Below are positions 1 to 9,592 of a stretch of DNA of 63,982 bases, one piece after another. The first letter of the stretch is position 1; every line of letters starts with the position of its first letter. Both the position numbers and the translations under genes were made by a program. The DNA comes from a virus, in the IMG/VR virus record IMGVR_UViG_3300007190_000023, positions 1 to 63,982 of that record; one strand, written 5' to 3'. Below the pieces are notes generated by a model. It worked only from the letters and a program-made list of their open reading frames with translations, was not told the origin of the DNA and searched no databases.

Positions 1-99
1 ACATAAGCATTTCTACTCTAACTCCTTATATTGTTTTCGGTATCTCTACTGTTAATGCTCCTACTGCCAATACAACAAAAACTGTGCAAGTAACCATGC
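1..99. repeat. Terminal direct overlap, copy 1 (identical to 63884..63982)
   Basis: Read directly. The first 99 nt (acataagcatttctactc...caagtaaccatgc) recur exactly as the last 99 nt. This implies a circularly closed or terminally redundant assembly with 63,883 bp unique. Confidence 0.95.
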
Positions 100-188
100 A
101 TATTAAGAACCAGAGTACAAACGAGGAAACCTCACATCCTTTCTCTTTGACTGTAGATAGCAGAGCCTTGGAATACGTATTCCCCTAA
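1..188 (+). CDS. C-terminal end of the wrap-around 899-aa tail fibre / receptor-binding-like protein (continues from 61372..63982)
   Basis: The frame with codons at 3, 6, 9... is open from position 1 to TAA at 186-188. It is in phase with the open frame leaving the window at 63982, through the 99-bp overlap. Confidence 0.8.
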   Translation, partial: ISISTLTPYIVFGISTVNAPTANTTKTVQVTMHIKNQSTNEETSHPFSLTVDSRALEYVFP

Positions 189-202
189 ATAAGGCATAGA
201 AC

Positions 203-736
203 ATGAGTTATACAGACATACAAAAGATGGTATTGACCTATCTAGGTAGAAGCTCTAACTGGAATTGGGGACAAGACATTGTCCCCACTGCGGTAGAGTC
301 CATGACTCTACCGAACCAGGTGGGTAAGCCTCTATATGCCTATGAGTTCAGACATTGGATAAGCTCAGAATCCTCTAAGGATACATACATCTCAATCTCC
401 AATATAGGAGAGCTTCCCCTCTGGTTCCAAGACATCACTTTTTACCAATACTCTGATGACACCCCTCTAGGGGATAAAGGAGATGCTTTCCTATATGAGT
501 GGGGTTCCTACTATCAATCAGGTGCTTCTGATAGGACATACAATCCTCAGAATGAGGAAGATGGTTCGTACTCCCCTTACCCTATTGATAAGCATGAGCA
601 AAAGAAGTTTGCCTTAATGCCCTCTCATACACTGTGCTTTAAGATTCAACTAGATCACCCTACTGTCGATACTTCTCTTAGGGCATCCATACGAATCCCG
701 GTAGATAACCTCCCTACCAAGATTCATTTCATCTAG
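203..736 (+). CDS. Hypothetical protein (177 aa), late/tail-proximal module
   Basis: Complete ORF, co-oriented and tightly packed after the fibre gene. No motif recognised. Confidence 0.6.
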   Translation: MSYTDIQKMVLTYLGRSSNWNWGQDIVPTAVESMTLPNQVGKPLYAYEFRHWISSESSKDTYISISNIGELPLWFQDITFYQYSDDTPLGDKGDAFLYEWGSYYQSGASDRTYNPQNEEDGSYSPYPIDKHEQKKFALMPSHTLCFKIQLDHPTVDTSLRASIRIPVDNLPTKIHFI

Positions 737-745
737 GTTCAAGTC

Positions 746-1255
746 ATGTCCTATATCCCCATTGCTCCTCCTCCCAAACCTGTACCAGACCCTTTCAACC
801 CCAAGGACAACTACACTCCCCTGGTTCCATATCAGGATGTGACTCATCTTGACTATGCCCCTTTGACCAATGGGGAGATCACTAGAAGGGTAGCCTTTCC
901 TAGAAGTCTCTTTAGGAAGCCTTGGGAATACCTCTCTAAGGGCTCTGTAAGGCCCTGTGAGGCTCCTCCTAAGCTTAAGAGCTACTCACCCCTTGCTGGG
1001 CTCATGCTTGGTCATGGAAAAGCATTTGATGCGGTTCAGAATGAGGACAATGGGCTCTGGTACAGGAAGCAGGGAATTGATCCCAGAGCTATTGTTGAGA
1101 TCAAAGATAGTATTCAACTCTATGGTCATTGCTTCCCTCATCCTTGTGAAGATGCTCAATGCATCCTGTCTTATAGAGAACCTGATTACTTTCAACTGGA
1201 TAAGTATCATAAGCGGGTTCTGGGGTATATGTACTTCAGGGCTAACTATCCTTAA
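746..1255 (+). CDS. Hypothetical protein (169 aa)
   Basis: Complete ORF starting 10 nt after the previous stop, same strand. No motif recognised. Confidence 0.6.
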   Translation: MSYIPIAPPPKPVPDPFNPKDNYTPLVPYQDVTHLDYAPLTNGEITRRVAFPRSLFRKPWEYLSKGSVRPCEAPPKLKSYSPLAGLMLGHGKAFDAVQNEDNGLWYRKQGIDPRAIVEIKDSIQLYGHCFPHPCEDAQCILSYREPDYFQLDKYHKRVLGYMYFRANYP

Positions 1256-1276
1256 CCTATTCTAGAGAACCTACTG

Positions 1277-1456
1277 ATGAGCATTGCAGATGTTACTATT
1301 GTTACTGAAGAAAGCTTTGGTGCTTCCCTTCTTTACTGGATTGAGCATATGGCAACAGACTATGAATTGACTAAGTTAAGGGATTTACTTGTTGATAAAA
1401 AGGTAGTACCAGACCATCAACAGATTGAATACATTCCTCCTTATACGTTTCCTTGA
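1277..1456 (+). CDS. Small hypothetical protein (59 aa; below the ORF-track cutoff)
   Basis: Hand translation gives ATG 1277 ... TGA 1454-1456 (MSIADVTIVTEESFGASLLYWIEHMATDYELTKLRDLL...). It fills an otherwise empty 200-nt gap in a tightly packed operon. Confidence 0.45.
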   Translation: MSIADVTIVTEESFGASLLYWIEHMATDYELTKLRDLLVDKKVVPDHQQIEYIPPYTFP

Positions 1457-1465
1457 GGTCATGAA

Positions 1466-1897
1466 ATGAACCCTCCACCTTCTAGTCCAGATACTTTGGG
1501 TTTAGTCAAGCACAGAGTATTCGATCTACTCGAATACACTCCTTTGGGTCCTGATCTAGATAATGTATATGTATGGGGGGTTGATGATATAGCTATCCCT
1601 GATAAGAGAGAGCATATCTTTAGAAATACAGGGTATAAGACTATTACGTTCAAAGACCTTACCCACCACCTAGTTCCAGTTTACTTACATACAAATAATT
1701 CAAAAGTAGTCCCAACAACTCCAATCAATAGAACTCTTTATGTGATTGGAACAGAGAATGATAAATGGGAACCAGGGAAAGAAATCATGTTTGTATCAGG
1801 TCTAGAGTTGGAACTACCTTATCTTATCCTCCGGTTCAATGAAGCAGTGGATGACCTGCACTTAACCCCTGATGTTTTTAGTAGATACTACTTATGA
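1466..1897 (+). CDS. Hypothetical protein (143 aa)
   Basis: Complete ORF. Its stop overlaps the endolysin start (ATGA-type coupling at 1894-1897). Confidence 0.6.
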   Translation: MNPPPSSPDTLGLVKHRVFDLLEYTPLGPDLDNVYVWGVDDIAIPDKREHIFRNTGYKTITFKDLTHHLVPVYLHTNNSKVVPTTPINRTLYVIGTENDKWEPGKEIMFVSGLELELPYLILRFNEAVDDLHLTPDVFSRYYL

Positions 1898-2379
1898 ATA
1901 TTACAGATAAAGGGCTGAACCTCCTTTGTGTTTTAGAAGGATTCAGAGAACATCCGTATGATGACCAAACAGGTAGACCTATTGCTAATTGGGTTAGAGG
2001 AGCTACTGTAGGGTATGGGCATCTCATCCCTTATCAGCAATGGGATAAGTACAGGAAAGGAATTTCGAAAGAAGATGCACAGGAACTTCTGAGGAAAGAC
2101 CTTAAGTTATTTGAAGATAACTTGAACCGGATGGTTAAACCTGAAGACCTACTTCCTCATCAAATAGATGCTCTATTGATCTTTATGTTTAACATTGGTA
2201 TTGCAGGGTTCAACAGGAGTAGTGTATTAAGAATTGTGAATGGGGAGAAGCTTAATAGAACTTTAGCTGCTTCTTGGATGCTATGGAATAAGAGTCAAGG
2301 TAAAGTGATGAGAGGACTTGAGAGGAGGAGAAAGATAGAAATCAAATTATATGAGACAGGGGTATATGATGCACTTTGA
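1894..2379 (+). CDS. Endolysin, T4-lysozyme-like glycoside hydrolase (GH24 type)
   Basis: The N-terminus LLCVLEGFREHPYDDQTGRPIANWVRGATVGYGH matches the classic GH24 EG...Y.D..G..T.GyGh catalytic signature. Membrane proteins and spanins lie downstream. Confidence 0.85.
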   Translation: MNITDKGLNLLCVLEGFREHPYDDQTGRPIANWVRGATVGYGHLIPYQQWDKYRKGISKEDAQELLRKDLKLFEDNLNRMVKPEDLLPHQIDALLIFMFNIGIAGFNRSSVLRIVNGEKLNRTLAASWMLWNKSQGKVMRGLERRRKIEIKLYETGVYDAL

Positions 2380-2767
2380 TCTACTTAACTTGTTTAAGAT
2401 TACAGCTACTTCTGTGGCTCTTGGTGTAAGTACAGATATAGCAACTAATACTCTGATTTCAGATACACATTTGAATATCAGTGTTACTGTGTTCATTGCT
2501 GCTCTCTTAGGTTCAGGGACATCTTTATGCTTTGGGGAAACAAAGTTAGGCAAGAGAGAAGCTTTAACTCAAATCCTATCTTCTGCTATTTTTGGTATTA
2601 CCTTAGGTCTATTGGCTGCAGAAGCTCTTAACCTTACTTGGGCTAAGCAACACTTGGGTTTGTTTGTTCTGCTAATCTCTGCCATGACTCGTTGGTTCTT
2701 ACCTACAGTTATTTCCAGACTTCAAACTCTGATTACAGAGTTTAACCCTAAGCTAAAGAAGGATTGA
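2351..2767 (+). CDS. Holin-like membrane protein (3-4 predicted TM helices)
   Basis: Hydrophobic stretches: ITATSVALGV, VTVFIAALLGSG, ILSSAIFGITLGLLAA, LGLFVLLISAM. It sits directly after the endolysin. The true start is probably ATG 2366 or 2369, overlapping the endolysin end. Confidence 0.6.
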   Translation: MRQGYMMHFDLLNLFKITATSVALGVSTDIATNTLISDTHLNISVTVFIAALLGSGTSLCFGETKLGKREALTQILSSAIFGITLGLLAAEALNLTWAKQHLGLFVLLISAMTRWFLPTVISRLQTLITEFNPKLKKD

Positions 2768-3093
2768 CCATGTTGACTAAATATTCTTCTATAGGCTGGC
2801 TTGAGTTAATTTACATCTGTATGGACATTTACGTTATCTATACATGTCTGGTTCGATTGAATGCAATCTCCCATTTACCTCATAAGACTCGATACATACT
2901 CAGAAGAATAGGACTTCTTTCCCTCATAGGTTCATGTACTTGCTATGTAGCTTCTTACTGGACCTTGACTACCCCACTCATAGAGTCAAGTCGTCAATTC
3001 TTTTTTATGGTAGGTGTAGTGTTCTTTCTGTCATCTACCCATCATAGATACTCCCATAACTCCCATACAAGCATCCTTAAGGAGCAATCATGA
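2764..3093 (+). CDS. Second small membrane protein (holin/antiholin candidate, about 3 TM)
   Basis: Hydrophobic segments: WLELIYICMDIYVIYTCLV, IGLLSLIGSCTCYVASYW, FFFMVGVVFFLSS. The start overlaps the previous stop. Confidence 0.55.
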   Translation: MTMLTKYSSIGWLELIYICMDIYVIYTCLVRLNAISHLPHKTRYILRRIGLLSLIGSCTCYVASYWTLTTPLIESSRQFFFMVGVVFFLSSTHHRYSHNSHTSILKEQS

Positions 3094-3806
3094 ACGTCAT
3101 TGGTAAAGAATACTTTTGGAACAACTCCAGAGCAGAAATTGATTTCATTAGCTACTTTGGTACTGTTAACCATAAAAACGCTAGAGAAGTGGTTAGGAGT
3201 GTCTTACATCCCTGGTTCCATAAGAGAAAGAATGATATCTCTGAAACCAAATGGTTAATGTTTGATAGTGAGAAGGTAAGAGAGCATCTTGACTTTGCTA
3301 CCTATACGGGGGCAGATCAAACTTGTTTGATTAACCCTGAAGGATTGATTGGGTATCTTTGGTACATGTCTGCACAGGAGTTTACTCGTTCAGACAAAAT
3401 TAAAGAACAGGTGGATAAGAATGTAGCTAACCTTTCCGTACTCAAGACTAATGTAGAAAGACTTCGTACCAACATTATCAGTACCAACAATGCCCTTAAT
3501 CAAACCAAGACAAGGGTGCAAGCTAATAGCAACACAATTAACAAAGTGAATAGCAGAGTGAATGCTCTGGAAAACAATATCAAAAACCTTACAGATAAGA
3601 TTAATGAGATCACTATAGTGTTGCAGCAAATTAAGAATGGGAGCATCTCATATAATGTTCCTAATCAGATGACTTATATCAACCCTCCTGATACACCTAA
3701 TGTATCTGAAGCTATCTTACCTTCCCCTACACAAGCGGCTCTAAATAATGACTGGGAAACCCCCCATTCATTGGAATGGGACGATGTAGGATTGGTTGAA
3801 GTATGA
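3090..3806 (+). CDS. Coiled-coil protein (238 aa) inside the lysis cassette, function unknown
   Basis: Complete ORF with an Asn/Thr-rich heptad-like segment (NVANLSVLKTNVERLRTNIISTNNALNQTKTRVQANSNTINKVNSRVNALENNIKNL). It lies between the holin-like genes and the spanins. Confidence 0.6.
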   Translation: MNVIGKEYFWNNSRAEIDFISYFGTVNHKNAREVVRSVLHPWFHKRKNDISETKWLMFDSEKVREHLDFATYTGADQTCLINPEGLIGYLWYMSAQEFTRSDKIKEQVDKNVANLSVLKTNVERLRTNIISTNNALNQTKTRVQANSNTINKVNSRVNALENNIKNLTDKINEITIVLQQIKNGSISYNVPNQMTYINPPDTPNVSEAILPSPTQAALNNDWETPHSLEWDDVGLVEV

Positions 3807-4288
3807 GAACCCTAGGGATTATCTCTATAGGCTTAATTCTGGCTTATCTCTCTGGGTATTGGACAGGGGGTAAGCTGGAGAGGAAGGAGTGGGAGAAGAG
3901 AGAGATAGTAAGGGAAGAGAGAGCAAGGGAAGTAGAGAGAATTACCCAGAATAAAGAAGAGACCCTAACCACACTGGTTCAGTCCTTGCAAGAGGAATTG
4001 AACCAGAGAGATAAAGCACATGAACAAGCTCTTTCTGATATCCATACTGATTACACTAACAGGTTGTCACAACAGGAAGCCAGAACCTCCCATTATCGTT
4101 CCTTGTCCACAGGTTCCAGAGACTCCCAGTTATGTCTCGCCAATCATGCAGGAGAATTGGCAGAGTCTCTTATTGAGGGCAGAAGATTGGTTAAGGAGTT
4201 CAAGCAATATGCTTCAGAGTGGAAAAACAGACTCTATCTGTGCGAACAAGAGCACCAGACAACAAGAGAAATCCTGAATGGACATTGA
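3803..4288 (+). CDS. i-spanin (Rz-like)
   Basis: N-terminal TM segment (MRTLGIISIGLILAYLSGYW) followed by a charged coiled-coil (KLERKEWEKREIVREERAREVERITQNKEE). It hosts an embedded lipoprotein ORF in the +1 frame. Confidence 0.75.
   Translation: MRTLGIISIGLILAYLSGYWTGGKLERKEWEKREIVREERAREVERITQNKEETLTTLVQSLQEELNQRDKAHEQALSDIHTDYTNRLSQQEARTSHYRSLSTGSRDSQLCLANHAGELAESLIEGRRLVKEFKQYASEWKNRLYLCEQEHQTTREILNGH
4020..4277 (+). CDS. o-spanin (Rz1-like lipoprotein) embedded in the i-spanin gene
   Basis: Signal peptide plus lipobox (MNKLFLISILITLTGC) followed by a Pro-rich mature part (KPEPPIIVPCPQVPETP). It lies entirely inside 3803..4288 in another frame. Confidence 0.75.
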   Translation: MNKLFLISILITLTGCHNRKPEPPIIVPCPQVPETPSYVSPIMQENWQSLLLRAEDWLRSSSNMLQSGKTDSICANKSTRQQEKS

Positions 4289-6740
4289 TAAGAAAGAACT
4301 TCATAAGCTGTTCTCTAAGCCGGTTCAGAAGTTGACAGACTGGAAACAGGAACCTGATCTTGATGATCTCAAGAATGACTTACAGAATGCGCGTACAAGT
4401 CATGACTCTCAATTGGTCAAGATCAACCAATGGAGGAACCTGATTGACTGCACTGGTTCAGAGACTGTACCTAAGGTCAAGGGTAGAAGTTCTGTTCAAC
4501 CTAAGTTGATTCGTAAGCAGGCTGAATGGAGGTATAGCTCATTGACTGAACCCTTCCTTGCAGCGGATAAACTATTCAGCATTAATCCTGTCAGCTTTGA
4601 AGATAAGAAAGCAGCTAAGCAGAATGAAGTCATCTTGAATTGGCAATTCAGAACCAAACTGAGCCGGGTTAAGTTCATTGATGATTACATTAGAAGTGCT
4701 GTAGATGAAGGAACCGTAATCGTTAGAGTTGGTTGGTCTAGACATACCAAGATGGAAAAGGAAATGACTCCTGTATGGGAGCATTATCCAATTGATGATT
4801 ACATCCAGATGTTGGCTCCTAAGATCACATCTGAGATGGGAGGAGATACATTACAGACTACGGAAACCCAAGCATTGGCCCAGATTGATGTAGGTATCAA
4901 TCAGATGGCAGGGGAGATGCAGCAAGGGATTCAGGAAGAGATCAATCAAGTTGCCCAACAGATCAATGAACAGTTTCAACAAGCGGTTCAATTAAGGCAA
5001 TCAAACCCACTTGAGTTCAAGATGAATCTCCCTCCTGAACTTCAGGCAGCAGTTGATTTCTTTCTTGAGAGCGGCATCCCTAATGTTGCGGTTCAGGTAG
5101 GGGAAGAGGAACAGGAGATAGAGAAGGTTCTAGAGAACAGACCTACCGTAGAGGTTCTCTCTCCTGATAACGTCTACATTGACCCTAGTTGTAATGGAGA
5201 CCTGAATAAGGCTCTCTATGTCATTACGACTTTTGAAGCTAATCTGGCTGAACTGAAGAAACAAGGACGCTATAAGAATCTCGATCAGATTGAATGGAAC
5301 AGTCCTACTGACCCTCTCCACGATACCAAGACCCCTGTAGGGTTCCAGATTGCAGGAGAGAGCCGTAAGAAGGCAGTTGTGTATGAATACTGGGGGTTCT
5401 TTGATATTGATGGAGATGGCCTTCTGAAGCCCATTGTGGCTTCTTGGATAGGCAATACCCTTATCCGTCTTGAGTTGAACCCATTCCCAGATGAGCAACT
5501 CCCATTCATTGTGGTTCCATACAGTCCAGTTAAGAGAGAGCTTTATGGAGAACCGGATGCAGCATTGTTGGGAGATAACCAAAGGATTCTAGGTGCTGTT
5601 ACCAGAGGGATTATTGATCTTCTAGGTAGATCAGCCAATGCTCAACATGGGTTCCAGAAAGGAATGCTAGATGCTGTGAACCGGAGAAGGTATGAGAATG
5701 GACAGGATTATGAGTTCAATCAAGGCCAGAACCCAGCTATGGCTCTCATTGAACACAAGTATCCTGAAATCCCTGGTTCAGCATTGAATCTGATTCAACT
5801 ACAGAACAATGAAGCAGAGGCTCTCACAGGAGTTAAGGCATTCTCTACAGGGCTTAACAGTACATCCTATGGTGATGTAGCTACTGGGATTAAAGGAGTA
5901 CTGGATGCAGCAGGTAGAAGGGAGATGGCAATCCTGAGGAGACTGGCTCAAGGAATTATTGAGATAGGTCAGAAGATCATCTCAATGAACTATGAGTTCC
6001 TTTCTGAAGAAGAGATTGTTCGAGTCACCAATACAGAGTTTGTATTGATTGAACGTAAAGACCTTAAAGGTAACTTTGATCTTGATGTAGACATTGCTAC
6101 GATTGAAGTAGATAACCAGAAGGCTCAAGACCTAGGGTTCATGCTTCAGACAATGGGTCCTAATATGGATTCACAGGTATCCATGACCATCCTGTCTGAG
6201 ATTGCAGAATTGAAGAGAATGCCTGAATTGGCAGAGACTCTGAGAACCTGGGAACCACAGAGAGATGAGGAGATGGAAGCTTTGCAAAGAGAGCAAGCAC
6301 AGCTTCAGGTAGAACTCCTTAAGAGCCAGATTGAGATGAATAAAGCAAGAACAATGGAAGCTCAAGCACAGGCTCAAGAGAGTATGGTCAATACTCAAGA
6401 GATTGCCTCTGGTTCCAAACATCAAAAAGCAGTTGACCTTGCACAGGCTCAAGCTAGAGGTAATCAGAACCTGGCAATTACCAGAGCACTCACCAAGAAC
6501 CGTAAGTTGGATGAAACCCCAGCAGAGATAGAAGCAGCAATTGGGTATAACCAAATGGTAGAGATGATGAATCAAGTCAATGTCTCTACACCCAATAACC
6601 AAGCATCTGCTCTTTCCCCGGTTCAACAACCCTCTACTTATCTAAACCCAATCCCGGAAGGTCCCAATGTCGGAACACCAAGACTTACTAACCCTCAAGA
6701 ACCAGCTCCTCTTGAAAATACAGTTGGCTCAATGCGTTAA
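4278..6740 (+). CDS. Portal protein (820 aa)
   Basis: Called from size, a Gln/Glu-rich C-terminal tail, and position directly upstream of the scaffold-like and major capsid genes, as in N4-like head modules. This is a synteny-based inference. Confidence 0.7.
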   Translation: MDIDKKELHKLFSKPVQKLTDWKQEPDLDDLKNDLQNARTSHDSQLVKINQWRNLIDCTGSETVPKVKGRSSVQPKLIRKQAEWRYSSLTEPFLAADKLFSINPVSFEDKKAAKQNEVILNWQFRTKLSRVKFIDDYIRSAVDEGTVIVRVGWSRHTKMEKEMTPVWEHYPIDDYIQMLAPKITSEMGGDTLQTTETQALAQIDVGINQMAGEMQQGIQEEINQVAQQINEQFQQAVQLRQSNPLEFKMNLPPELQAAVDFFLESGIPNVAVQVGEEEQEIEKVLENRPTVEVLSPDNVYIDPSCNGDLNKALYVITTFEANLAELKKQGRYKNLDQIEWNSPTDPLHDTKTPVGFQIAGESRKKAVVYEYWGFFDIDGDGLLKPIVASWIGNTLIRLELNPFPDEQLPFIVVPYSPVKRELYGEPDAALLGDNQRILGAVTRGIIDLLGRSANAQHGFQKGMLDAVNRRRYENGQDYEFNQGQNPAMALIEHKYPEIPGSALNLIQLQNNEAEALTGVKAFSTGLNSTSYGDVATGIKGVLDAAGRREMAILRRLAQGIIEIGQKIISMNYEFLSEEEIVRVTNTEFVLIERKDLKGNFDLDVDIATIEVDNQKAQDLGFMLQTMGPNMDSQVSMTILSEIAELKRMPELAETLRTWEPQRDEEMEALQREQAQLQVELLKSQIEMNKARTMEAQAQAQESMVNTQEIASGSKHQKAVDLAQAQARGNQNLAITRALTKNRKLDETPAEIEAAIGYNQMVEMMNQVNVSTPNNQASALSPVQQPSTYLNPIPEGPNVGTPRLTNPQEPAPLENTVGSMR

Positions 6741-6978
6741 GAGACTCAATGAGAACTCTGACTTCAAGAAGCTGGTTAAGGATGGGTTTATCAATGGATT
6801 CTCACAACTCAAGGTACTCGAATGTTCAAATGATCTCCCTGATACAACTGACTGGGTTCAGATCAAAGCTCCTTATGTGCTCTTTGATTATCTGAACACC
6901 ATAGAACAAGAAGGCTATCAAGCTCAATCTGATCTTGAAGCACTTCATGAAGAATTAATCTCCTCCCACCGTGATTAA
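6667..6978 (+). CDS. Hypothetical head-module protein (up to 103 aa)
   Basis: ORF overlapping the portal 3' end by 74 nt. The real start may be a downstream non-ATG codon (TTG near 6721). Confidence 0.5.
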   Translation: MSEHQDLLTLKNQLLLKIQLAQCVKRLNENSDFKKLVKDGFINGFSQLKVLECSNDLPDTTDWVQIKAPYVLFDYLNTIEQEGYQAQSDLEALHEELISSHRD

Positions 6979-6999
6979 CCTGTAAAGGCATCAACTGTT

Positions 7000-8112
7000 A
7001 TGAATGACACCACTAACTACCTTGCACTCCCTGATGAAGAACTCATTGAACAATCTGCTCTCCCGGTTCAAGAGCAAACTGAGGAACCAGACCCTGAAGA
7101 ACCTATTGAAGAAATCCCTGAGGATGGCTCTGGTGATCCCAATCTGGACCCTGATGAAGCTCCTGAATCGGAGTCTGAAGGGGAAGGGGAGGTAGACCCT
7201 CATGTCCCTAGCATCAAACCCAAGGGAGAGCCCGTAGAGGCTCCTGGGAACGTTACAGAGGATGGTGAAGAGAAAGCTTCTGTGGACTATGAAGAGTTCT
7301 ATAAGAGACTGACTACCCCTTTCAGGGCGAATGGGAAAAGTATTCAGACCAGAAGTGCAGAAGAGATCATTAAGCTGATGCAGCTTGGGGCTAATTACAC
7401 CCAGAAGATGCAACAGATGGCTCCACATAGAAAGATTGTAGAAACGCTAAAGAAGAACAATCTACTAGATGAAGGAAAGATCAACTGGTTGATTGATCTA
7501 AGTAAGAATCACAAGGGGGCAATCGGTAAACTTCTTAAGGAAGGTTCTATTGACCCTATGGACGTTGATCTTGATGATGAAGAAGTGAAGGGGTATACTC
7601 CCGAAAGCCATCAAGTGTCAGATAATGAAATCCAATTCAATGAAACACTTGAAGAAATTAAAGGACTTCCTAATGGGTTAGAACTTCTTCGTATGGTGCA
7701 TACGGATTGGGATAACCAAAGTAAGGATATTCTGTGGCAACAACCTGCGACTTTCCATGTTCTCTATGAACAGAAACAATCCGGGTTGTATGACTATGTG
7801 GTCAGTGAGATTGAAAGAGCAAAGATGTTAGGTAAAGTCGCTCCCAATGCTCCTTTCATCTCTGTATATAGAGACGCAAGTGAGGACTTGTATAAGCAAG
7901 GGAAGCTGAACCGGTTCCTGAATCCAGAGAACCAATACAATCCTAAACCTGTTGCCAAAACCGTTCAAAAGAAACCAAGTGTAGGCAACCATCAAAAAGC
8001 ATCTGCTGCTTCCACTGGATATACATCCAAGAAGACAACAGGTACAGCAGTACCAAATCCTTTGAGCATGAGTGATGATGATTTCTTAAAGCTCATGTCC
8101 CAACAGGTATAA
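7000..8112 (+). CDS. Scaffold-like protein with a strongly acidic N-terminus (370 aa)
   Basis: The acidic low-complexity N-terminus (EQTEEPDPEEPIEEIPEDGSGDPNLDPDEAPESESEGEGE) and the position between portal and capsid genes are typical of scaffolding proteins. Confidence 0.5.
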   Translation: MNDTTNYLALPDEELIEQSALPVQEQTEEPDPEEPIEEIPEDGSGDPNLDPDEAPESESEGEGEVDPHVPSIKPKGEPVEAPGNVTEDGEEKASVDYEEFYKRLTTPFRANGKSIQTRSAEEIIKLMQLGANYTQKMQQMAPHRKIVETLKKNNLLDEGKINWLIDLSKNHKGAIGKLLKEGSIDPMDVDLDDEEVKGYTPESHQVSDNEIQFNETLEEIKGLPNGLELLRMVHTDWDNQSKDILWQQPATFHVLYEQKQSGLYDYVVSEIERAKMLGKVAPNAPFISVYRDASEDLYKQGKLNRFLNPENQYNPKPVAKTVQKKPSVGNHQKASAASTGYTSKKTTGTAVPNPLSMSDDDFLKLMSQQV

Positions 8113-8154
8113 CCCCCTACTTTTCTTTTCTTTTAATTAATAGGAGATGCCATC

Positions 8155-9330
8155 ATGGCTCTTAATTATGTAAACGGTTTGAATACGTCTACTGTTGACG
8201 TAGGTAACGCTTCGGAGCAGGTTCGTTCTCTTTTCTGGCTCAAGAATGCAATCATTCATGCAGTGAAAGAGCAGCACTTCAGTCAACTTGCCAATGCTTT
8301 GGATATGCCTAAGCACTATGGTAAGACGATGAAGGTGTATGAATATGTTCCTCTGCTTGATGATCGCAACATCAATGACCAAGGTCTTGATGCAACTGGT
8401 GCTGTGATTGCTGATGGCAATCTCTACGGTTCCAGCAGAGATGTGGGTACGATCACTTCCAGACTCCCGGCTCTTGGTGAGAATGGTGGACGAGTGAATC
8501 GTGTAGGCTTTGCTCGTATCTTGCGTGAAGGTTCATTGAACAAGTTTGGGTTCTTCTATGAGTTCTCTCAAGAAGCATTGAACTTTGATTCTGATGAAGG
8601 TCTGAGAGAACACCTTGCTCGGGAACTGATGAATGGTGCAAGTCAATTGACTGAAGCAGCCCTTCAGATGGACCTGAGAGCCAATGCAGGGACCATGTTG
8701 TATACGGGTATTGCTACCTCTGATGCAACCATTGATGCGACTTCCACCTTGACCTATGCAGACCTGGTTCGTCTTGACCAGATTCTGACTGATAACAGAA
8801 CCCCGAAACAGACCAAGATCATCACTGGTTCAAGAAATATTGATACCAGAACCATTCCTGATTGTCGTGTTGCTTTTGTGGGTTCTGAGTTGGTGCCTTG
8901 GTTGAAGCAGATGACCGATAGCTTTGGCCGTCCTGCTTTCATCCCGGTTCATCAGTATGCAGCAGGAGCTACGACCCTTAATGGGGAGATTGGCAGTATT
9001 GATAGCTTCCGGTTCGTACTGGTTCCTGAGATGTTGCATGCTGCTGGTGCAGGTGCTGTCTACACTTCAGGCCCTTGGAGGAATAGTGGTGGTAGATATG
9101 ATGTGCATAACATCATGGTTGTTGGTGATGATGCCTTTAATACCATCGGGTTCCAGACTGATGGTAAGACCCTCAAGTTTGATGTCATGACCAAGATGCC
9201 GGGTATGGATACTGCAAGCTTCAGAGACCCGTATGGGGAGATTGGCTTTAGCTCCATTAAGTGGTACTACGGTTCTCTCATCCGTCGTCCTGAACGTATT
9301 GCTGTTGTTAAATGTGTTGCTCCGCTGTAA
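8155..9330 (+). CDS. Major capsid protein (391 aa)
   Basis: Strong RBS (taggagatgccatcATG). Locally higher GC and a biased codon set suggest high expression. Size and position match an N4-type capsid gene. A strong terminator lies about 200 nt downstream. Confidence 0.8.
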   Translation: MALNYVNGLNTSTVDVGNASEQVRSLFWLKNAIIHAVKEQHFSQLANALDMPKHYGKTMKVYEYVPLLDDRNINDQGLDATGAVIADGNLYGSSRDVGTITSRLPALGENGGRVNRVGFARILREGSLNKFGFFYEFSQEALNFDSDEGLREHLARELMNGASQLTEAALQMDLRANAGTMLYTGIATSDATIDATSTLTYADLVRLDQILTDNRTPKQTKIITGSRNIDTRTIPDCRVAFVGSELVPWLKQMTDSFGRPAFIPVHQYAAGATTLNGEIGSIDSFRFVLVPEMLHAAGAGAVYTSGPWRNSGGRYDVHNIMVVGDDAFNTIGFQTDGKTLKFDVMTKMPGMDTASFRDPYGEIGFSSIKWYYGSLIRRPERIAVVKCVAPL

Positions 9331-9367
9331 TCCCACTACCATGCTAGAACTTAACAGGAGAACTACT

Positions 9368-9505
9368 ATGAATTACGAAGAAAAGAAACAGGCTCTTTTT
9401 GAGAAATACTCTGAAGGAACTCCTTTTGGGGATAACTTCATTAACCTTCTCCATGATCTGTTTGATGTATTGGAAACAGGTAATGAGATTGAAGAACCGC
9501 AATAA
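9368..9505 (+). CDS. Small protein (45 aa) downstream of the capsid gene
   Basis: ATG at 9368 preceded by AGGAG (caggagaactactATG). This is the in-frame inner part of track ORF 9233..9505, whose upstream part overlaps the capsid gene. Confidence 0.45.
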   Translation: MNYEEKKQALFEKYSEGTPFGDNFINLLHDLFDVLETGNEIEEPQ

Positions 9506-9534
9506 GGTTTCCTCTCTAACCTGAAGTAGAGAGG

Positions 9535-9581
9535 TCTCCCCTTCTTTCTGGAGTCGATACTGGAAAGGAGGGGAGATTTTT
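9535..9581 (+). terminator. Intrinsic terminator after the capsid operon segment
   Basis: Stem tctcccc (9535-9541) pairs with ggggaga (9570-9576) and is followed by TTTTT (9577-9581). A second perfect 8-bp hairpin precedes it (9511-9518 / 9527-9534). Confidence 0.7.
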
Positions 9582-9592
9582 ACCATCTAACG

